From assembly GCF_964204645.1 (NCBI RefSeq), contig NC_134030.1, positions 4,630,778-4,694,777 of the forward strand: a stretch of DNA of 64,000 nt. The letters run 5' to 3'. The DNA comes from Tubulanus polymorphus. Taxonomy: Eukaryota; Animalia; Nemertea. The translations under genes were made by a program, and so were the position numbers. This document shows positions 1-11,963 of the stretch, in pieces. How positions within the stretch are numbered: the first letter of the stretch is position 1; every line of letters begins with the position of its first letter. Under the pieces are notes generated by a model. The model worked only from the letters and a program-made list of their open reading frames with translations. It had not been told where the DNA came from and did not search any database.

Positions 1-400
1 GCACGCCTAGCGGCAGGTTACAGAACATGCTCAACGCCCGGTTCGCGAGCGGCCGACTGTGCCCGAACGCCAGATTGTGTCCGATTTCGTGTATAGCGCT
101 TCCGAGCGAATGATTCAATACTCCGCCGAAACAATACGCTAATACGAATATCGTCAGCCAACTCGAGTTCTGTAACAGGTAACACATGACGATCTGGACG
201 GCGACCTCAATCGATACATATACACAAATAGTCGGGTCGTAACCCATGAGTTTTTTGATTTGAGGATATTTCTTCAGAATTTCGCGACGTCTACTGACGT
301 GTGGCTCCTGCGTGTACTCCCACTCGTCGTCGGCTTGATCGATTTTCATGCGTAACGTCACAGCTTGAAGGAATTCGCGGAAAACTGATTTCGACTCCAT
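1..400 (-). CDS. DEGS1: Sphingolipid delta(4)-desaturase (DES1/DEGS family), 5' part; continues past the left edge of the window
   Basis: Manual translation from ATG 400-398: MESKSVFREFLQAVTLRMKIDQADDEWEYTQEPHVSRRREILKKYPQIKKLMGYDP...NHSLGSAIHEIGHNLAFGHSRPLANRALSMFCNLPLGV. Shows the DEGS N-terminal motif W.YT..PH..RR.EIL.KYP.IK.LM and His box 1 (HEIGH). Splice acceptor tttacag at 416-410 lies just upstream. Family call is firm; the exact paralog is not. Confidence 0.92.
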   Translation of the reverse strand, partial: MESKSVFREFLQAVTLRMKIDQADDEWEYTQEPHVSRRREILKKYPQIKKLMGYDPTICVYVSIEVAVQIVMCYLLQNSSWLTIFVLAYCFGGVLNHSLGSAIHEIGHNLAFGHSRPLANRALSMFCNLPLGV

Positions 401-1460
401 GATGGCGATCTGTAAACGATATGAAAATACAAAAAGCGATTAAAATCTAGGCATATTTATTTCTATCATCATTCAACCTGATCTCACACTGTTAAGATAT
501 GCTGGGCATCTATAAAAGGCTGGCTACCAGCCACCTATGCTTGTTACATAACTCTACTACTAGGTACTAGGTGTGTCAAGATGGGCGTCAACAAGCCACA
601 GCAGGGAGTGCGATCTCCTTTCAAAAACAAATTCTGGCTGATTTGAGCCTGAATTTCTTAAGGGTAATTTGTGCTTAAAGCTTCCCACACCCAGATATAG
701 TCGTCGAGGATCAGGTTATGTAAGTTCCCAACCCAAGTTAGCCAGCCGACGACATTTTTAGTTAGGTTGTTGACGACCCCAGTCTCCCGTCCCACCACCA
801 CACATTGATTTGTAGTACCTTCTCAACTTATGCTTACCTCAAATTTGAATGCAGAATATCTGCGGTAAAAAAACTCAAGTGTCAGACTGCAATGACTGGT
901 TGCTCTGATCAGGAATGTGTACGTGCCAGTAGAGTGTGCCTCTCTAGTACTACCGCTCTATTTGTTATAGCTGTCGCGTAGAGACTGTTACTGCCATCTA
1001 CAGGGCTTGATAGGAATCACAATGACGTAATGAATAACGCCTTACTCATTGGTTCTACCATCTACCGGAGCATTCCTGACTTGGTCCTCTATTTCCAGGG
1101 GTGGCTTTGCTTCCGATTCGTAGTATGCGGCGCGGGCCAATTGACTTCATAGTAGTTATTTCGATTAGAAAAAAAATGGATGGACCTATGTTTAAACGAA
1201 ACCGCATTTCGATTAGTCGATAATCGAAAGAAGCTATTTGAAGCACACTTGAACCACTGGGGCCTGTGACACGAGTGGTTCTTACTTTTCAAGGGTCAGT
1301 CTCTTATCACTCATTCACTCATCTTTATAACTCTTTGTTGAATTATCTTAATGTTAAAGTTAATAGTCATGAATAGTGTCATTAAATGGTGTAGGTATAT
1401 CTGCTGTAGATCCAACGCATCAATCTATCCGCCATCTATCGTATTCGCCACAGTGTTATC

Positions 1461-1513
1461 CATCCTCGCTTTGCCAGTGATTGGGGGCAGCCAAGCTCGG
1501 GCAAGCGAGGATG
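1461..1513. mobile_element. Short relic with the same TIR family
   Basis: CATCCTCGCTTTGCC...GGCAAGCGAGGATG inverted ends; no intact TSD. Solo TIR-like matches also near 13716-13729 and 40885-40898. Confidence 0.5.
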
Positions 1514-2248
1514 AAATGACCCTTAGCCTAACAGGGAATTTGTAATTAGGATATTTATTCTCTACATCTAATGAAACAGATTATGTTGCAACGGCCACTT
1601 TAATTAGGCCCGAACTTCAGGAATATATCTTATGAACTATGGGTCTCCGGTATACGAAGGACCGTTCAAAACTCCTCACAAGGGCCAAAGGTTTTCGTAG
1701 GTTACATATTTGGGTTGAAAGAATGCTTTCTTATGTAAATACATAACTTACCGACGTGATTCAATATTGAAAATCCTCATCAGAATAAAAATGCGACATC
1801 TGGTCACCTTAATCAGCTGACACTGCCATCCTGCGTTTAATATATGAATATCCGCCGTTGCTATGGGAGCGACGTCGTTTTCGTTGTTTTGGAAATAACG
1901 CTGCAAGACGCGCATTTATTGACAGTCGATCTCTCGGATAGAACGCTGCACAATTCCGTAGATTCTGGGACTTGAAGGTAAGGCGATCTAAGAATGCCAG
2001 ATCTCGACAATGAGCACGACGCTTACATATAGATTATTCCTAACTCAGCGCTTGTCGACCCGATAAACTCGGTAAAAAAAAATCTATTTGAAAAAGAAAT
2101 ATATTCTTTACTCGGTAAAGACCTTCGCGGACAACTCAGAGAAATACTTACAGTCCCAACGCCACCGAGTAAGGAAGTATATGATGTTAGGCTTATTTAA
2201 GAGAGACTCATAACTTTTATCAATTTTGTAATAATATAGGTCTTTCCA

Positions 2249-2947
2249 ATGGAGAAAAATAGCGAACAACCACCAGGTTACGAGGCAGGGCAGCAGCCAG
2301 CGCAGTATGGAGGGCAACATAATCCTGCTTTCAGTGGTGAGCCGAATGGACAACAAGCGTATGGTAGTCAACCCGTGTACGGTCAGCCCAGTTACGGGCA
2401 ACCCGCGTACGGTCAAGTTGCTTATGGTCAACAGCCAGCTATGGGTCAACCAAACGTCATAATTGTCCACCAACAACCCATAGTCGAAAACGTGCAACTT
2501 CGAGCGAGGTCGCTGATGACCATAGGCGTCATCGGTATCGTCATCGGTATCCTGTTACTGATACTCAACATCGTCCAGGTTGCAATTTGGTTGCGAAATA
2601 ATCATGGCACCGGATTTTGGGCAGGAGGAATGACGCTGATCGCTGGGATACTCGGTATTACTACTGGTAGGCGTCAATGTGGGCGAAATGCTCACATAGG
2701 GTGTATGGTGATAAGCATATTTGCGGCGATAGGCTCGTTCATTGCTATGTCAGTTGAATCTTGGATCGCAACCATAATTTCGCTCGGCCTTCGTGATCCG
2801 TTGCTTCGACTGTATGTCCCGTTTTTTTCCACGCCATCTTATGCGGTGTCGATTGTCAAAGTGTTTCTGTTCCTGGCAGGATTCATCGTTACCATAATCG
2901 AGGCTTCGTTTTGCTGTAGATGTTGCTTCGCACCGGCAAGTACATAA
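2249..2947 (+). CDS. MS4A/CD20-like four-transmembrane protein with a QP(A/V/S)YG-repeat N-terminus
   Basis: 232-aa single coding exon with four hydrophobic segments, a GFWAG...AGILG motif typical of MS4A TM2, and a Cys cluster (FCCRCC) after TM4. Acceptor ag at 2238-2239; likely 5' UTR donor at 1978. Confidence 0.8.
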   Translation: MEKNSEQPPGYEAGQQPAQYGGQHNPAFSGEPNGQQAYGSQPVYGQPSYGQPAYGQVAYGQQPAMGQPNVIIVHQQPIVENVQLRARSLMTIGVIGIVIGILLLILNIVQVAIWLRNNHGTGFWAGGMTLIAGILGITTGRRQCGRNAHIGCMVISIFAAIGSFIAMSVESWIATIISLGLRDPLLRLYVPFFSTPSYAVSIVKVFLFLAGFIVTIIEASFCCRCCFAPAST

Positions 2948-5900
2948 AGTAAATATAGCTGCAAAGCAGCAATAACGGGCTGGAGATGCTGCTTCGTATC
3001 GGCAAGTACATTAACTAAATATCAGGCAAGAAGACCGTAATTTCAGTTATATTTTTCGTCACAAAAATGAGGACCCGTGCACCTGTTTTACTATTTCTTA
3101 TGATTTTGATGTAAACTAGGCTCATAAACGCGGATAAACTTCAGATTAGTTTAAATCTCGGTGATATATGCAAAACACGTCACAGGGTATTTGCTAAAAT
3201 TTGTCAAAAAAGAAATTAACTCGAGTACATATTATACACGTGGTTTTAAATAAATAACGAATAGAAAATTTAGCGGAGTAACTGTAGGCTGTTAGATCAC
3301 ATTCCGGAGTCAATAATTCAATAACAAGCAGCTATTATTTTCTAACGTGATTCCATCAATTCTGATATATCGATTCGATACACAGAATACATATGATTTC
3401 CAATCGTGCTAATCGTCAGTTTTCATATTTGTTTTTAATGAGATGAATTGTGGAAATTAACATTTTGATTAGAGTAAAAGGTTTGCAGGACGATCATCCG
3501 GCAGTTATACTCATAGATTAGTTTTTCCACAAGGGACTAATTTCATAACAAGCTCATCCGTGTTTTTCCTTTGTTCGGAATGATCCAGAGGGAGGCAACG
3601 CCTGCTATCAACCAATAACATTTATAGTTGAAACGGTAAAAAAAAGTGTTTCTAAACTTTTCCCGCGAGTGCCCGGGCTTCGATTCGACTGGTTATTAGT
3701 CCAGTGTCACGTGAAGGCACTGACTTACTGGGACATAATGAATTGAATTGAAGCCCTTGGTTCATTAACAGGATCCAGTTACGTGGATCTAGGTTTGACC
3801 ATAAAGTTGAAATTGGTTTTTCGATGAAGAACTAACTATCTGTAAAACCAAAAACATAAAGATTTACATTGCACGTCCAAATAATTAACTGGCGCCTGGT
3901 GACCACGCAGTAACAAACTTATCAGATACATACAACAACGGTGTTTTCACGATTGTTTATAATGTGAACACTTTGTTATATTGTTTTATATAAATTTTGG
4001 GAAAGGTCTATTTGTTTAATGAAATTTTCCTATGTGTATCTGTTTACTGTAAACTGTCTGATGATAAACTATATAGATGGCGATCGATCAATATTTATGG
4101 GCTTTCTTCGCGTCTCCATAATAATATCTCCATGACAAATGTATTACTGTTTACAATCCAGACATCAGTTGATTCAGACGCACATTTAATAATTCATAAA
4201 CTTAAATGCAAATAACTAAACCGACCGTCTATACAGACGTTAAAGGGGCAGCCTGACTGATCGGCGTACTATCTTTGAAAGCTCCACATTTCCTTGCTTT
4301 ATCCGCAAATGAACAGTGCTGGCGGTGGAGCCGCCAAGATTCCTGGGCTTTTTCCTTATTCCGTGCCATTTGCAGAAGACGTCCATGACATACGTTTGAT
4401 ACACCTAATACCACGAATTCTATTATGTCTACATTTACATTTTTTTTGTAATACAGATAAGTTTTATTTCCATCAAGATGATATACATCATCTTTATCTC
4501 GCCACTCGCCACATACGGCATTACGGGCAAGATGTTTACTATTTTCATTCCGCAGTTGTTATGCGTTATATCTATTATTCATGGTTTTTTCAAGTGATAC
4601 AATATTACAATATTCGTTATAGATTACATATTTATAGATTACTTAAAATATATTTACTCAGCTTGACCCAGTTAGTTCCATGGAGTTATGAAAATCAGAC
4701 ATTTCTTTTTATGTTTAACTCGTTAAGAAATTACGCAAGAAATGTGTACATAATATATATATCATGTGCCAAACTGTTTAGCATGTTGTTGTCTTATAGT
4801 CGTCTTGTTGAATTTCACTTAGATTATATCTATATTTTAATAAATATCTCAAATCCTGTTGTTAGAAATATTCAGAAAATGTTAATAAAGTCTCATCATC
4901 ACATTTATCCTTTTCACTTTTCAATTTATCCATTTGGTCCTGTTTTGTTTCAAATGTGGTCGTGGGTCGGTCTTCAGTGTTAAATCTTACGTTTAAAAAT
5001 ATGTGTACGAACATTTCATGTACGTATATGTCCGAACATCACCAGCCACAAAAAGCACACTAATTAAATGATCTTTCACTATTAATCGAAGCTGATAATG
5101 ATTGAGGAATACATCAGCGGAAATCCTATCGCGCTCATAATGTAATCTAGTCGATTCCCGCGTGCGTCGTTACTATGGAAGCGACGTCGTTGGGAATTTC
5201 ACGCGTAATAAAAGATTAATTATCCACCTTAAAGAGAATATATACAGCCACTGGAACAAACTCTGGACTACCTGCCGTTTTCAGATTTCATAGACACCTC
5301 TCACTCATACCAGCGAGGGCACCTGTTCACGTGGGCCCAAACTCTATACCCCATTTAGAATTCATTTCGTCTCTTTGTTGAACCTACGAGCAATTATCTA
5401 ACTTATTATGTTGGATAATTGCTCGTAGGTTGAACCAATCCTTGTCGGTTCGACTCATAAAACCTATTATTTGAATTGCGTACGTGCATAGATAAAATAC
5501 AAAAAATACATACAAACTCACGATTAAACGATTAAATTTTTCTTAATAAAGCCTTTGGTGAAATGAATACCCACAACTTGGAAATATATGTGGACTATTT
5601 TATAAATTTCGAAAGAAAAATAATTTTTCTCAAATTCGTGGGTTTATAGGAAAGTAGGACTAAGTTTATTACGGTACGCGATACGCGCGACGTTGACTCA
5701 CGACAAGTGGACTCAGCTTGCGAGTAATAAAAGATTGCGGTAGACGAAAACGAAATTACATATTTCTTATTGAAATAAATAACGGGTAAAGGCCCTAAGA
5801 TATAACGGGCTTTAGAAATAAGGACGATGGCGAAAGATTTCCAGGAATCCGCTGAAATAGCGAGAGGCTTTTGCGCTCGCACTGGATAGAACCAGTTCTG

Positions 5901-8900
5901 ATACACGTGACAATGAACGCCACCCGATCGATACCGCAATAGCGATGACGTCACACGCTAAACAGCTGATCGCCGCAGTACGCTTACAGTACTGATCTCA
6001 TAAACAACACCTACAACGCACAACGACGAGAAGGGAAGCTATAAGCGCTGGGATTGCCGAAAATTTATTCGTGGAGGTAATGCATTGTTGTGGTGTATCA
6101 ATTTGGCCTAGTCCCGCGAATACCGTGTAGGTATTTTAGATGCTTTAAACGAATGGGCACTGCTTTGTCTAGACTAGCTTGCAACAGTCATGTGAGAGAC
6201 TGATGCACGTGATAATAGTTTGGTGCCTTGTGGGCGCGGTTGCCCGTGATTTGTTTTAAGTCAGACACAGTGCGGCGACCCGTCCACATCAGGGTCGAAA
6301 ATCATTTCATGGAAGAGTCTATCAGCTTTTGGATAACTTGGGTGGGGTTTTCATTGAGACCCAAAAATGTGACGAGCCCCGATCGTGAAATTCATTTTTT
6401 TTTCTGGGTACGGTGCGTCGTCAGTTGCTGCGTCTTGACTCGTGGTGGTGAATCTATCTCAAGAGAGACATTTATATCGGGACCCCATTTTGGGCCTTAG
6501 GAGAGAGAGAGAGGTGCATCTTTTGCCCAGGACAGTGGTCTTTTCTCGTAGTCCCGTCTAGGTAGTCATCGTCTCCTCATTGTCATCAATTATCGATCGT
6601 GGTCATTACAATGGGAAGTTAGTAGTTATCGTCACAATACATTGCTCCCAGCACCTGCATCCTCATGGATTGCTTTCTAAAAGTCCCTATATAAAAGAAG
6701 GGCGAAGGTCGAAGCAGGTTTTACATAGAGTATTCTAAAAGATTTGTGTGCAACGCGTTAACCTATTTTTATCCCGGATTTAATACAACTGGAGTACGCA
6801 CTGCTTAACGAAGAATAACAGTCAATTCGCGGAAAAATCTAGGTAATTTTTAATGCATACAGGGGCATATACTGCATGTGAAGTATGTTTATATGTATAT
6901 ATATATATATATATATGTACATCATGGAAATGCGGCAGATTAATAATATCGTTTCCACGAACGATGGAGCAATCCGGAGGTGCCTGGGATTATCGAAAAT
7001 TATTTTCAACACCATGGATGATCGGTTTTCAGTTTTTCTTGCACGCCAAGGTATTCGGCACAGTCACTACATTGAATACACATTTACACGTTTTGTTCTA
7101 CCACAGCAAATTACAAATATATATACCGCTGCATATGTATATGTATATTCACGGGGTTAACACCAGGCTTTTCGTATGAACTGTGCATTCTAGCCATAAA
7201 TCTCAATATAGCGTACCGAATTACGTAAGATTTGTACCACCTATAATCATTTACATGTTCGTGTCATTAGTAACAATACATATTTTATGCACGGTCAAAT
7301 GCAATGCATTGCATTTGCCCGTGGATGCAATGCAGATGCGTGTGGTATGGTATATTATGGACGTATAATCTAGTTTGTAGTCCATGGGCGTATTACTGGC
7401 CTACTATTTGTCACCTTGTCAGAGAACCGTGGTGACTTTTATCTTCCAAAGGACCAGCATGAACATTTTCCTTAATTTTCACCGAACTTTTGAACATCAT
7501 AGTTAATATATTTCTGTACATGTACAATTGTATTGTAGTATGAAGTAGTGGATTTTGGAGAAAGAGGCCTTATTTGTTATTGATTTAGAACTACACTGAC
7601 CGAAACATGATTCATTATAATGATATACTTCATGTAAAACCAATGACTGCACATCGACCCCTTCGCGCAATTTGTCAACAAATTTACATAATAAACCAAA
7701 AATAGAACACAATCGGCAATTGGTTAAGTGTAGGGTCGGTTGCTAAATTGAGTATATAATATATATAAATCCTTGGTAATGCAACGTATTTAAATTCATA
7801 TCAAGTGAAAGGGACGCATTGTATGAGAAAGCCTGTATTACAGGAAGTATTCTTTTACTTCGACTTTATGAGAAAAGGCTACCTAGAAAAGGCTAATGTA
7901 TTATGGAGTATTATGTTTTTTGTCAAACTATTTCGTAGAAACTTCGCAGTTACGTAGAATAAGAACAGCATGATAAATGGGGTACGAGTAGTTTGGTGTC
8001 GTGAATATCGTCATTTGGACCTCGAAATTGACAGGGAGATAATTTGTTATCATTTGATTACGCACGAAGGACAACGATCAGAACTAATATCGAAGCTTTT
8101 AACAAAAGAAGAATATGTCATTTCTACGAAGACAACTCAAAACTTAAATCAGTTCTTTACATCCTTGTATATAAAATCAGTTGCGGGACATGGGAGCACT
8201 TCACTGATGGATTCTAGGTTATAAATGAAGTCATGACCTGAAATTATATCTCTCGTTGTTGGTGTTGGTATCAATTCATACAGTGACGAATACGATTGAC
8301 TTGTACGTAATCGTTTCAAAGTTCATCTATTGTGCGTTTCTCGTTTTTAGCGCTGTAAATGAGTACTGAATATATTGCGTGTCAGCATAGGAAACACCGG
8401 TTATTGTCAACATCCTTGGCCGGGAACTGCTTGCCCTGCGGAAAGAACAGTTATTTCATTGTTTGGGGTTTTAGTAGATAGGTATTTCAGTGATAACTAA
8501 ATGTTGTATAAAGCATATGCATTTGTATTTTGCTCCTTGGCATTATTTGATGGTCTACGCACTAGTATTAATGCTATTTTGTAAGGTTGCTGTTGTGTCA
8601 GACACATTTCAAGATAAAGCTTGTATACTTGCTTGCAAATTCTTTGAACTCGTGTTGATGGAAAGATGAGGTACACTACTCGAATCTACAGGTTGCTGGT
8701 TTTTTCTAGACATACAGACCGTGAACACAAGTTCACCTCGAGGAAATTGTGCCTTTTCAACCTTTTTTATGTCCATGAATAATATGATTTTATTAGAGAT
8801 GAACATGACCTGTTGGTCTTAGGGGTATCATCGATAGTTTGGCAATTGACATTTTAAATCATATTTCTGTACTTTGGTTGTGGGGAATGTTCGATAAACT

Positions 8901-9401
8901 ATTTCAGGCCAAGCCCGTCAAAGGTGAAGTGCACATTTTACCGAGGCATGTTATCTAGCTTGTGTTAAGAATTGCATTAGTCTTATCATCGTAATGCATT
9001 GTTCTAGACCTCCTCAATTAGATCATCTAAGCTGGCCCGCAGTCCACAAGAAAATTCTGTTTACTGGTATGACTAAGTTAGATTAGCTTTTGAAAAAATA
9101 CGTTGTCGATGTGGTGACAAGGAAGTTTTTGAATTAAATATCTATAAACGAAATGAAATAATATAAAAAAAATAGTACTTTCTTTTTTGTAGAACGAGAG
9201 AAAAAAGTCTGATGTTCGTCGAACTGAGTTATGGAATATTTAAACAAGCCTACTCATCGTAAAGCCGTTCGGGATCCTTGTTAGTCTTCTAACTGCGTGA
9301 AGTGTCTAGCAACATATATATTTATAGATATAGATATATTAAATAAAGACAATCAATTCATTCCTGTTAAAGTTCTATTGAGGAGAGATTATAGATTAAA
9401 G

Positions 9402-11963
9402 ATGGCAAAGAATAATAAAGAGCAAGAAGACAATGTGGAATTAGATGATGCATACATTCCGACGCCACCCGACGGTGGATGGGGTTGGGTAATTGTGACT
9501 GCATCTTTGCTCATCAATATAATAGTCGATGGTATTGGATATGCTTTCGGCGTATTTCTGCCAGTATTCGAGGATTATTTCCATTCCACCAAATCAAAAA
9601 CATCACTTATCGGTTCAGCACTGTGTGGCGTCTATTTGTGCTCAGGTAGGAAATTTATCCTTTATTGCCACCGAACAAATCGAAAGAAAATCTGCATAGA
9701 ATCGTTATATATTATATCATCCTTCCTAAATATCAAAATAGAAGCTTGAGACCTTAAATGGATATTTAATGCAATCTCTCTTTAACAGGACCAATTGCTA
9801 GCGCATTAGTGAACAAGTTCGGATGTCGACCGGTAGCGATGGTAGGAAGTGTCATATCCACTGTGGCATTCGTCTTGAGCATGTTTTCGCCGAATGTAGA
9901 CATATTGATTGTGACATACGGAGGTTTAGGTGGTAAGTATATATCTATCATATCGATATTGTAATGTCGATACATATAACCTTTTCGTGTCATAAAGCCA
10001 ACAAACACGTCTTCGCATTTTACGATTCGATCTTTTATAGGTTTTGGTTTTGGCTTGATGTATCTGCCGTCGATTGTAAGCGTTGGTTATTATTTTGAGA
10101 AAAAGCGAGCCCTCGCAACTGGTATCGCAGTATGTGGGTCGGGTGTTGGAACATTTTTAGTAGCTCCGTTCTGTGAGTTTCTGCTCAGCGTTTACGATTG
10201 GAAAAACACTGCCCTAATTTTGGCTGCAATAATTTTCAACGGCGTTGCATTCGGTGCTCTAATGCGTCCATTGGAACCACCCAAGGTCAAGAAACAGAAG
10301 CCTCCGAGGGAAAAGAATGCCATCGACCGCATAAAAGAGACTAGAAAACGCCAAGAATCCGAGAACAGTCAAGCAGCCAGCGTCATACTACAAAAGGTAC
10401 GAGATGCTAAGCTCGCTCGTCAGAGGAGAGTTCGTGAAGAAGATGGATCCGAATCTGAAGCAGCCATGTACTCGGTGAGTCGGCAAAACAGCGTGCTCGC
10501 TTCGCCATCCGAAACCGGCAGCCCGACATCAAATATCTCCCCGGAATACCCGACACCACCCGTAATTATAATCGACAGCGTTGACGATGGCCCGGTATCT
10601 CCTGACGATGTCGACGTCGCGAATGGGTCAAAAAAGAATGGATTAATACCTTCGAATGGTCGAGGTTCAGGAGATGGTATCACAACTCAGGAGCTCGAAC
10701 CGCTTACGGGTAGCGTTCCGATTCCGCAAATGCACAAAGTGAGAAGAGGAAGTACTAACAAGAAATCAGTGACTCAGAGTCTGCAAGATCTATGGGCAGT
10801 GCGACCACGCGTTCAAGCTCGAGAAGATGTCATCAAAAAGGAGGATTATGCGCGTCCGATGTACAGAAGAGATATCTTCTATAGCGGAAGCGTTGCAAAC
10901 ATACATCAATTCCGCTCGCAGCCAGATATCAAAAGCTACATAACGAGTATTACCGAGATTCCTCAGGCCGATACTTACGAATCGAAATGTTTCCTATGGC
11001 GATGTCCGTGTCTTCCAAAAGCCGTGGCCGATACTCTGATGAATATGATGGACTGTTCTCTACTCACCGAACCCTCGTTCATACTCATTATTCTCGGCAA
11101 TATTGTCGGCATGTTGGGATTTTATATTCCGTACGTGTTGACCGTTTCTCGAGCGATGAGCTTCGGAATTGACAAAGGACAAGCGGCTTTCCTTTTATCG
11201 ATCATAGGTAACCAACTGTTCCAATGACATTTTGTCATCAGAAAAAGCATGTAGGAAAAAAACCAACGCTTAGATATTAACTGTTTTCTATAATTTCAGG
11301 TATTACCAATACGATTGGACGAGTAGTAATAGGAGCACTATCAGATCATCCTAAAATCAGTGCCCTGTGGGTGCATAATATCACATTAATGATTACCGGT
11401 GTCTGTAATCTTTTTGTACCTCTCTGTACGACCTATGTGACCTTGTGCATCTATGCTGCTGTTTTTGGTCTGTTCGCTGGTAGGCACACACAACTTACAT
11501 TAAATATCAAACCGACATGACTGATGTCAGACACATTACTAGCAACTAATCTTTTATTTTCAGCTGCCTACATCTCCCTGACGTCCATCATCTTGTGTGA
11601 TATTCTTGGTCTAGAGAGGTTAACTAATGCATTTGGCTTATTAACATTGGCTCGTGGGATCTCATCTACATTAGGTCCGCCAGTGGCGGGTAAGTATCGC
11701 CGCAATATTACCGAAGAAGAGTGACAAAAGTGTATATGCTATCAATACGAATAGCTTGTTAACTTAGTTTCGAACTTGTTTTTACAGGTAGTTTAGTCGA
11801 TACAACAGGTTCGTACGACGGAGCTTTCTACATGAGTGGTGGACTGTTTTTATTATGTGCCTTACTTCATAGCTTTCTCCTTCTTCCGTGCATACAACGC
11901 AACAAACCTCCTAGTGATTTCATCGCTGAGGAGGATGTCGAAATGGAAGACGTTAATGCTTGA
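9402..11963 (+). CDS. Monocarboxylate transporter (SLC16/MCT family, MFS), 678 aa
   Basis: Exons 9402-9645, 9789-9932, 10041-11207, 11300-11479, 11564-11689, 11788-11963; all introns GT-AG; 2037 nt in frame. SLC16 motifs [30 protein letters not shown] and GPPVAG, with a long central loop. Confidence 0.93.
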
